Source of the DNA: Candidatus Thorarchaeota archaeon
GTDB taxonomy: Archaea; Asgardarchaeota; Thorarchaeia; Thorarchaeales; Thorarchaeaceae
Assembly (NCBI GenBank): GCA_016839605.1
Contig: JAEOTX010000057.1
Span: 1 to 32,452, forward strand
Direction of reading: 5' to 3'
Length of the DNA: 32,452 nucleotides
The notes beneath the pieces were generated by a model that ran no database searches, was not told the origin of the DNA, and saw only the letters and a program-made list of their open reading frames with translations. How positions within the stretch are numbered: position 1 is the first letter of the stretch; each line of letters opens with the position of its first letter. The position numbers and the translations under genes were made by a program. Positions 8,410 through 16,142 of this stretch are shown here, in pieces.

Positions 8410-9215
8410 TGGACCTCCACTCTCTCAAACGCTACCAGACTTAGAGTAAGGACGACCAGTCCGACAAGCAATGTTCCCATCAAGACGATTGCCACATCCC
8501 AGGTCAGTAGCGTGCTTGTTTCTCCGGTCAACAAGCCTGCAACTGCAGCCACTGGGTTGAGAACTCCCTTGAAAGACTGGGGGAAGCCGGGGGTGTTCAC
8601 CAGTGTCAGAGCCGCTGACCAAGTCATCATCCCTGCAGCAGCACTGGCAACTGCTCTTCTTGAAACGATGCAGATCAGTACAGCCACTGAAGTAACAATC
8701 AAGATGAATATCCAAAGCGCAACGCTTAGTACGAGAATGGGGACAAGCTGCATGCTGCCGGGGATGAAGACGTGAACTGCAAGGAGCGAAAACACTGTGG
8801 CAGGCAAACCTGTTAGGAGCAGTATCGTGCCTACCTTCAATATCAGGATTCTGAAACGGGTTATTGGATACGTGAGAAAGGTCTGTAGAGTTCCATCCTC
8901 GAAGCCTTTTGCTAGGTTGAAACCAGCTAGCATAGGGATCAGCAGGATAAGAATGGAAATGAGGCCGGACAGAGAGGCTGCATACGCAGAAACTGAACCC
9001 TCCAAGAATCCGGAGTAGTGCTCGATCATCATAGTCCCATTCCATGATAGGCCTGGTCTGAGTTCCATCAGCATTGAGTCATTACCCACAGCTATTGCAC
9101 TCACAAGAGCCACGAACAGCAGGATTGCAGTGATACTCTCGAAGATTGGAAAGTAGTACGAGCAGTCCAGTTCCAGTTCAACGAAGGCCCGAAGATTCTT
9201 CCTCTCTTCACTCAT
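8406..9215 (-). CDS. ABC-2 type transporter permease (paralog 1)
   Basis: FEDGTLQTFLTYPITR..ILILK. Same length (269 aa) as 7022-7831 and shares LRPG..WNGT and VLNP with it. Confidence 0.85.
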   Translation of the reverse strand: MSEERKNLRAFVELELDCSYYFPIFESITAILLFVALVSAIAVGNDSMLMELRPGLSWNGTMMIEHYSGFLEGSVSAYAASLSGLISILILLIPMLAGFNLAKGFEDGTLQTFLTYPITRFRILILKVGTILLLTGLPATVFSLLAVHVFIPGSMQLVPILVLSVALWIFILIVTSVAVLICIVSRRAVASAAAGMMTWSAALTLVNTPGFPQSFKGVLNPVAAVAGLLTGETSTLLTWDVAIVLMGTLLVGLVVLTLSLVAFERVEVQ

Positions 9216-10125
9216 TTCTCACAAGCTCCTTAAAGGCGGCTTCAAGGCTGCCTGCCCTCTCGATTGCATACAATCTGATTCCCAAAGACGTGGCGGCATC
9301 CTCAACTTCTGCCTGAATGTCACTGATCTGACCTGATTCAAGATTGAAGGTGATGGAGTTCGCTCCCGAAACCCGGGGGCGTATCAAGCCCGGAAGTTGT
9401 TTTAGGATCTCCATGAGTCCGGCAGAATCAGATGTTATGATCCGGAAAGTATTCGATGTGTACTTCTCAATGATGTCCCGTACTGATCCCCTCTCAATTA
9501 TCTTACCAGCATCTATGAACGCGACTTGATGGCATACCCGTTCCAGTTCTGAGAGGATGTGTGAAGACACGAAGAACGAGACGCCCAATTCATGATGAAG
9601 GTTGACAATCAGATCCATTATGTCATCACGACCAGTCACATCTAGGTTTGATGTGGGCTCATCAAGGAACACCAATTCAGGACTCCCGACCAGAGCCTGA
9701 GCAATGCCAAGTCGTTGGTGCATCCCGGCTGAGAGATTCCCAATCTTTCTGTTCTTTGCGTAGGCAAGGTCAACCATGGTCAATAGGGCCTCAACTGATT
9801 TGTTGCTTCCATACAACTTTGCAACCTTGTCTAGGTAGTCCACGACTGTCATTGATTTCGGATAGGAGGGTCTTTCATGGAGGACTCCGATTCTTCTCCT
9901 CATCTCCAGTGAGTTCTTGCGTATGTCGAGGCCAAGGACCTTGCCTCCACCGACGTCAGGCCTGATGAGTCCGAGCAGTATCCGAAGAAGAGTAGTCTTT
10001 CCAGCTCCGTTTGGGCCAATGAGTCCGAAGATTCCTGAATCGACATCCAGATTCACGTTGTCCAGAGCCCTTACCTCACGAAAGTCCTTCACCAAATCAG
10101 TAACTGACACAACAAATTCCTGCAT
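9208..10125 (-). CDS. ABC transporter ATP-binding protein (DrrA/CcmA-like exporter)
   Basis: GPNGAGKTT Walker A, LSAGMHQR signature, FLDEPT Walker B, SSHIL H-loop. Confidence 0.95.
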   Translation of the reverse strand: MQEFVVSVTDLVKDFREVRALDNVNLDVDSGIFGLIGPNGAGKTTLLRILLGLIRPDVGGGKVLGLDIRKNSLEMRRRIGVLHERPSYPKSMTVVDYLDKVAKLYGSNKSVEALLTMVDLAYAKNRKIGNLSAGMHQRLGIAQALVGSPELVFLDEPTSNLDVTGRDDIMDLIVNLHHELGVSFFVSSHILSELERVCHQVAFIDAGKIIERGSVRDIIEKYTSNTFRIITSDSAGLMEILKQLPGLIRPRVSGANSITFNLESGQISDIQAEVEDAATSLGIRLYAIERAGSLEAAFKELVRNE

Positions 10126-10139
10126 GCTGAATCAATCCC

Positions 10140-10509
10140 CTCGCCTCTATCATTCTTGTGCAATTCTAATAAGAAACTCGGTCCGTGGTCTTCTGAGCTG
10201 AAGCTGTACTTGCTTGAGAAAGCAACAATTTGATTTATCAAATGAGATTTGGAATTACCTTCACTTCTAATAATAATGGTCTTCTTCTCTGTAGGCACTA
10301 AACGAAGGTTCAGCTGGCCTTCCTGTGATTTTCCCTCTTTCTAATTACAGGATCAGGAAGCAAGCTTATTTTTTCCAGTAAGTAGAAGCTGACTTCCTAA
10401 ACAGGGTTGGCCATACCTCTTTTTCAATATGCTGCTCAACCCGTTTCAGCACTTTGCATTCAATAGTATCATCCAGGGGCTTTGTTTTAGTATTTGCGCT
10501 GGTTGTCAT
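10140..10509 (-). pseudogene. Possible decayed gene remnant
   Basis: ATG at 10509 opens MTTSANTKTKPLDDTIECKVLKRVEQHIEKRG, interrupted by TAG after 37 codons. Protein-like fragments continue in shifting frames. Confidence 0.25.
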
Positions 10510-10567
10510 ATCGCTCTAACCCCTAGCGAGATTCCACTAAAATCATTCTAAGAATTCACACACTGGT

Positions 10568-10595
10568 TTGACCCAAGTATATTATTTACTGTCAA
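10568..10595. repeat. Copy B of the 17-bp repeat, within a 28-bp imperfect palindrome TTGACCCAAGT-ATATTA-TTTACTGTCAA
   Basis: TTGAC...GTCAA inverted ends in an 11-6-11 layout. Its right 17 bp recur at 6019-6035. Confidence 0.6.
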
Positions 10596-10621
10596 CTTAG
10601 GCTGCAAACGGTTGTTAGATG

Positions 10622-13600
10622 CTAGAGTTCATAGAAACTGATACCTTCTCCTTCGAGGACGTTGATGACCTCCTCTCGGATGGTGCTAAGCATATCCTCC
10701 TCAAGATCAAAGGCGGAGAGATTGTTCTTCACCTCGCTATCAACAGGCTCAGAGGATATAGCGCTTGCATATTGAGAGTTACCCATATACTTCTTGACAT
10801 TATTCACCACGCAGACCTCCAGATTATCCCCTTCATCTGCCTCCAAAAAAACAATGACCACCGTGTTAGATTGCAATTTCCTGATTTCGAGTCCCCTGTA
10901 CCTGAAGACGCAATTCCTTTCGTATAAAGGAATGGCACCATCCAATGTTGACTGGAATTCCTCATACCTCTCAGCTAGAGTTATCCTGTGGCTTTCAAAT
11001 TCATCATCAAGATTGTTGAGATAGGAGGTAGGAATCACAGATTCGACTTCCTGTCTAAATGCCTCCAGCTCTTCGTCAGGCGGCCTACCTGGAGTCAGTA
11101 TAAACGTGAATGACTTATTCATCCATGCCTTTTGTGTGGACTTCGATATAATAGACCAGACCAGCTGATTACCCTTTATCCTGTTCGAAAGCCTCCAGGT
11201 ATCACTTGACCAATCGAACTCATCGATATCCGCAGCCCGAATTGCTTCCTCAAACCGTGGGTACTGGTGGAGCCTCGAGAACCTAAGGTCCATGATGGCG
11301 TTAGCATTAAGTCTGACAGGATGCCACGTCCCCTTCCGCGAATCAAAGAGCGCCTTGCATTCAGCTAGCAACGCTAAAGCAAAGATATCGAATCCAACTT
11401 CCTCCAATCCTCTCAGGGATGAGTCTTGCGATAAATCCTCCATCTGGACATGATAGGCAGAATCTAGCCGCCGAATTACCAAAGTGACATCATCCCCGTT
11501 GGTCGAGGCGAGAAGCTCCCTGCAGGTCCTTGGATAATGAAACTCATCGGGGTAGAATCGGCTTCGATGAACTAAAGGTTTCAGAAACGAGAGTACATCG
11601 TCATCATAGTCGATATCACTTTTGTAATCCCATGCGAGGGTATTGCCCAGTGACCAATATCCCTTTCCCATTCGGATTGGAGTTCTGAGGAAGTGTACAA
11701 GCTCCTGCGTCCTTCCAAACTCATGTCGTTCCTCAACTGATTCACCCTCAATATTGACCTCATAAACCCTCAGGTCATCGTTGACATTCACCCTTAGTTT
11801 CACTGGTATGGTCTTGTGTTTCACTCGGGATAGCTTAACAAGTGCCTCCTCAATATAATCTGGAACCTCAGGCACATTAGTAGGAGGCACGAAGCCAGCT
11901 GTTGATTCCAGCTTGATCCAAGGAATGCTATTCTGCCGCCCGCTAGGTTTCCCATGGATAAGAGAGAATGAAGCCCATTCAAGTTCCTCATATTCGTTTA
12001 GTACAGGAATCCAGAGAATTTTAGTGTCCTGAACTGTGGTTACGATAAGTGAAGTTCTATCGGTTGACGATAGGGCTTCTCTTGCAAATTCCTTCAACCG
12101 CTGAGGAGCGGTCACGCACTGATGCCATTTCGACGGAATCCATCTATCGTTGAGCCCCTCAATAAATCCTGTTAGGACTCCATCATCATAAGGAATAATG
12201 ATAAGACCGTCATATCCAGATTCGGACTCCTCCCACACAATTGCACCAACCTGTTCTTCATCTGTCGCTCTCTCAGGAAGGTTGAGCTGTGAGAGAGTCT
12301 TAGTTCGAGTTCTGAGGTTGGATAAGATTGCCTGAAAGCTATACACTGACTTAGATTTGCTATCCTGCGTGTGCATGCCAAGCTGGTAGAATGTCCATTC
12401 CCCTACTGAGTTCCAGAGATGTTCTGCAAGATCCTGATTCCTGTCTTTTATAGCTGCTAAGACAGCTAAGAACAGGTTGTTGCCATACAGGAGGAGTAGG
12501 TCAGGAGTCGCTTCAACAATCTCCTCCATGGACTGCTTGTTCTCGGAGTTCAAGACTTCGTGAAGATTTTGTCTGAGGGGTAGAAGATCTTGCCAGACTG
12601 AAGCTCTCTTGGGGTCTTCAAGGATGATAAGCTGAATCTTCCTGAGTGAACCAAGGAAGAACTCCTTTCCGTTAAGGGAAGGGTTCTCCTTGAGAAGGGC
12701 AAACTGCTTTTCACAGACCTTCTCTATTCTCTTGCAGCAGTCCTTCAGACTCTTTGATAGGAAATGCTGTTTCCTCAGATATCGTGTCGCATGATAGAGC
12801 CGCCTGAGCTCAAGTTCGCGGGTTTCAAGGGTATCGATTCCGTTAGCCCCGATGTTGAAAGACATTTGAGTGTGAGTAAACACATTGGATTCTTCTTCAT
12901 CATCAATTTGCCTAGGCGTGAGTTCATAGAACCAGCGTCGTGTGATTTTCTTCTTTGGGCTTGTAAGAACATCACAATATCTTCTCTCTCCTCTTCTCGG
13001 GATGGGTGGAGGTCTTGTGACATCGAGGACCAACCTCTCACCCATTGTCGAGCCCCTTGTGGAGCTCACTGTCTGGACCATCGTCTGCCACTGAGGCTTC
13101 TTCGTTGGTTCTACGGGTTCTTCTTCTACTTCCTTGACAGACACATGGTCTCTACTCCTGAGGACGCTGGGCACAAGTGTCAGTGCATCCTCAAGGACCT
13201 CAGAGAATGATTCGCCTGATAGACTCCCAGTAGAAGCATAGATGCTGGAGAGGGTCACTCCTCTCTCGTACATGGACTGAGCTTCAGTAGTGTATGCGAT
13301 CACATCCTCAGGAGCGACGATTCTGTCCCGTCTAGCAAGTCCTCTGAACTTCTCTGCAAATCCCACAAGATGGGGGACGTGGATTGCAGCTCTCCAGGGT
13401 TCAGCCTTGGTTGGGGTGTCCTGCACAATGATTCGAACATTCTCCTGATGAGGGGTCGACCAACCAAATCCCCAGGGCGTCGTGGAGATATTATAGATGA
13501 CCTCGTCAAGATGGGTTCTACGAGGCGAGTCATGTCTGATTGGATTGACACATTTGCGCTGGTAATGTACATTCATTCGAGTATGAGGGGTTCCACTGTC

Positions 13601-15889
13601 AATCCAGATGATATTGACATTCGACTGGGGAAGAGAGTCAAGCAGATGCTGCTCAAGGGCACGGACGAGACTCTGCTGATATGCTGGAACCATCTCTTTG
13701 AGTTCCATCCAGCCATCAAGGATGATGATACGCTCATCCTCCTTCTCCTCAGGAAGAATGGTCCTGACGTGCTGGTCCAGTCTGTCTAGTGCCTCTGCTC
13801 CTTCTGTCAGAATGTCCGTAATGTTTGCGCTTAAGTCTAAAAACTCGATGGACTTGAGGGTAGCGTTGAGCTTTCGGTGGTCTATGCTAGAGATCATCTT
13901 CTCACGTAACAGAGAATCAAGACCGAATCGCTTCCCTACCAGTTCATCTGTCTTATAGTCCCCCTTGAGATCCAACCAAACGACCTTTTCGATAGGTGCC
14001 GTTGAGGTCTCGAGGCACTCTTGTATATGATGAAGGAGGTGCCAGTTTCGTGAGAGTCGTGCCGCCGTCACTCCCGAGGAGGTAGGTGAGGGAATTGACA
14101 CATAGAGTGTGAGGATGCGGTCGTCTGCCTCTCGGTCACTGAAGGGGCTCTCCACAGGTAGACTACATGGAATGACCATCTCATCCAAGAGGTCGGTTGG
14201 TCCACGGGAGGGGGCTACAAGTAGACCAACTCTTGGAACATCATCTCCAGTCCCTAGAGATTCTGGTGAAACTGAGATAGGTGCGTCCTGGTTGACAAGC
14301 TGATGAATGAGTCCTGTCGTCAGTTCTTCAAGGAGGAACTGAAAGGCTGGAAAGATCTCTATTGGGGTCTGGTCTGTATCTAGGACAATGACACCTTTCC
14401 ACAGAGAGGTTGGTGGAGTCGAATCGAAAGCCACTAGCTTCTCATAATCAGCAAGCATCTCATGTTCGTAGGTGTGTAGCTGCTGAAGTGCATCTGGTTC
14501 TGGACTCGATGTGACGAGAGAATTCCATTCGGCTTCGCTCAATGCGCGTTTCCAAGCATAGAAGGCAGGAGTGACTGATCTCTTTCGTTTGCGGATGATC
14601 TCCATTCCATAGAGGCTGAAGTCAAAGGCGGTCTTGGTCTTGACCTCAAGTACCATCACAGGTGTCCAGATGATTCGATCTGTGACCTCTCGTCTTATGA
14701 AGATGGTTAGGTCCACATGTCCAGAGCGTTTCGCAACAGGCAACTCAGCGACCACAAGAATTGGTGTCAGTGAATCGAGCATTTTGTCCCCTGAGAACAC
14801 TACTTGTCTCAATGAAACGGGATGGTGGAGATTGGAGAGGAGTATCCTGTGCCAGTTGTTTCCTTCTCGCTGACTGAGAGCTAATACGTGTTCGATGAGT
14901 TTCTCAACATCCTTGTCTGCAACCATTCCCTCATCAGTATCAATGTAGTCCAAAAGCTCTTCCATTGACTTTCTCTCAGTCTTGTCAGCTGCTTCCTTGA
15001 GCTGCCTGATAGCCTTCTTTCGAATCTTTTCGATGGACAGGTCTATCGAGCTCTCTCCGTGTGTCTTTGAGATTCGCTGACGAGTCCTGCTACGTTTCCT
15101 GTAGAGTGCCCGAATCTCAAGGACAATCTTCCTGAGCTCATAATCTGCATGGGGATTGAAGTTTGGTCTACCTGTCCTTCCATCAGTGTATATCCAATCA
15201 AGGAAAGGCTTCAGTCGATGAATGAGGAGCTGAATGTATCGATGCGACTCAGTCATAGGGACATGATAGATGAAACATTGCCGACAGAGTTCGACACAAT
15301 GAGCCCTGATCATATCCACAAAATCTAGTCCTGGCAGGGTGGGATGAGATAGAAATATCCGGGGGCTCTTTGCCTCTCGCTCGTACCCATATCGCCAGTA
15401 AATCTTCGTAGCGCCATCATCCACTATTTCGTCAGCTTCAGTCTTAGTGAATATTCTCTTGCTCCCATCTAGATATTCACGAATCTGAAATGCTTGCGGT
15501 CTTGGAAATGGGTAGAGGGTCATAGCAATATCGCGAAGTCGTGCTCCTGCATAGTTGAGTAGAGCGTTGAGTGGACCGACGGTTCCCTCCAGCCAGCTAT
15601 AGACCCGCTTGAGCTCTTTGTTTCCGAATCGCTTAGTGCTAGTCCATACAATCTTGAGAAACTGGCCACGCATATTTGGCTCTGCATTCTGGACGTGAGA
15701 AAAGTCGGTACCCCCCTGTTCGAAGTCTTTACGGGCTGAGTTCCACATCTTCTCGATGCTCTGATAGTGCCTACGAGTCTTCCTACTTACTCTATTCCGA
15801 GCTATTCGAGTCAATGCTACAAGGCCCATGTATATTGCAGTACTGATGGTACCACTTGGATTGTCGATCTTTCCTTTTCGACCCCTCAT
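10622..15889 (-). CDS. Giant multidomain protein (~1755 aa): RecB/Cas4-like PD-(D/E)xK nuclease, degenerate RecA-like ATPase fold, and uncharacterised C-terminal ~1000 aa
   Basis: Uninterrupted 5.3-kb ORF. EGNNWH, VAELP, GHVD, LEVK and QLHTY motifs (aa ~350-482 of the track ORF). SPTSSGVT, KVVWLD and IIILDG pattern (aa ~600-775). TTTATATG at 15920-15913 favours a leaderless ATG at 15889 over GTG 15913. Confidence 0.7.
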   Translation of the reverse strand: MRGRKGKIDNPSGTISTAIYMGLVALTRIARNRVSRKTRRHYQSIEKMWNSARKDFEQGGTDFSHVQNAEPNMRGQFLKIVWTSTKRFGNKELKRVYSWLEGTVGPLNALLNYAGARLRDIAMTLYPFPRPQAFQIREYLDGSKRIFTKTEADEIVDDGATKIYWRYGYEREAKSPRIFLSHPTLPGLDFVDMIRAHCVELCRQCFIYHVPMTESHRYIQLLIHRLKPFLDWIYTDGRTGRPNFNPHADYELRKIVLEIRALYRKRSRTRQRISKTHGESSIDLSIEKIRKKAIRQLKEAADKTERKSMEELLDYIDTDEGMVADKDVEKLIEHVLALSQREGNNWHRILLSNLHHPVSLRQVVFSGDKMLDSLTPILVVAELPVAKRSGHVDLTIFIRREVTDRIIWTPVMVLEVKTKTAFDFSLYGMEIIRKRKRSVTPAFYAWKRALSEAEWNSLVTSSPEPDALQQLHTYEHEMLADYEKLVAFDSTPPTSLWKGVIVLDTDQTPIEIFPAFQFLLEELTTGLIHQLVNQDAPISVSPESLGTGDDVPRVGLLVAPSRGPTDLLDEMVIPCSLPVESPFSDREADDRILTLYVSIPSPTSSGVTAARLSRNWHLLHHIQECLETSTAPIEKVVWLDLKGDYKTDELVGKRFGLDSLLREKMISSIDHRKLNATLKSIEFLDLSANITDILTEGAEALDRLDQHVRTILPEEKEDERIIILDGWMELKEMVPAYQQSLVRALEQHLLDSLPQSNVNIIWIDSGTPHTRMNVHYQRKCVNPIRHDSPRRTHLDEVIYNISTTPWGFGWSTPHQENVRIIVQDTPTKAEPWRAAIHVPHLVGFAEKFRGLARRDRIVAPEDVIAYTTEAQSMYERGVTLSSIYASTGSLSGESFSEVLEDALTLVPSVLRSRDHVSVKEVEEEPVEPTKKPQWQTMVQTVSSTRGSTMGERLVLDVTRPPPIPRRGERRYCDVLTSPKKKITRRWFYELTPRQIDDEEESNVFTHTQMSFNIGANGIDTLETRELELRRLYHATRYLRKQHFLSKSLKDCCKRIEKVCEKQFALLKENPSLNGKEFFLGSLRKIQLIILEDPKRASVWQDLLPLRQNLHEVLNSENKQSMEEIVEATPDLLLLYGNNLFLAVLAAIKDRNQDLAEHLWNSVGEWTFYQLGMHTQDSKSKSVYSFQAILSNLRTRTKTLSQLNLPERATDEEQVGAIVWEESESGYDGLIIIPYDDGVLTGFIEGLNDRWIPSKWHQCVTAPQRLKEFAREALSSTDRTSLIVTTVQDTKILWIPVLNEYEELEWASFSLIHGKPSGRQNSIPWIKLESTAGFVPPTNVPEVPDYIEEALVKLSRVKHKTIPVKLRVNVNDDLRVYEVNIEGESVEERHEFGRTQELVHFLRTPIRMGKGYWSLGNTLAWDYKSDIDYDDDVLSFLKPLVHRSRFYPDEFHYPRTCRELLASTNGDDVTLVIRRLDSAYHVQMEDLSQDSSLRGLEEVGFDIFALALLAECKALFDSRKGTWHPVRLNANAIMDLRFSRLHQYPRFEEAIRAADIDEFDWSSDTWRLSNRIKGNQLVWSIISKSTQKAWMNKSFTFILTPGRPPDEELEAFRQEVESVIPTSYLNNLDDEFESHRITLAERYEEFQSTLDGAIPLYERNCVFRYRGLEIRKLQSNTVVIVFLEADEGDNLEVCVVNNVKKYMGNSQYASAISSEPVDSEVKNNLSAFDLEEDMLSTIREEVINVLEGEGISFYEL

Positions 15890-15912
15890 CGCTGAAATAG
15901 TATCAAGAGGCA

Positions 15913-16130
15913 CATATAAATATAATTAATTTCGTTGGTAACCAAAATTACTCTAAATCATAATTTAAGCCATGATAAGCCTAATTTTATAAAATTGGGC
16001 TATTATAACATTATAATCTTAATAAGTTTATATTCATTCTGTATTACTATTTGGTAGGAGTTCAAAACCGATTCTCAAGACGAGGATTGGAGTGAACTCT
16101 CAAAGAAACAGGTCAGAAGTTTATATTCAT
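15913..16130. promoter_or_regulatory. AT-rich divergent promoter region with palindromic operator-like site and duplicated TATA element
   Basis: TATA boxes at 15920-15913 (-) and 16027-16034 (+). 24-bp palindrome AGCCTAATTTTATAAAATTGGGCT at 15978-16001. AAGTTTATATTCAT repeated at 16024-16037 and 16117-16130. Confidence 0.65.
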
Positions 16131-16142
16131 CAGGTGTATGAA

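Noticed and set aside
10300-10509. Pyrrolysine (TAG readthrough) gene
   Set aside because: Reading through the TAG adds only ~27 codons before a TGA. TAG terminates several conserved genes here (ino1, both GTPases), so decay is the simpler explanation.
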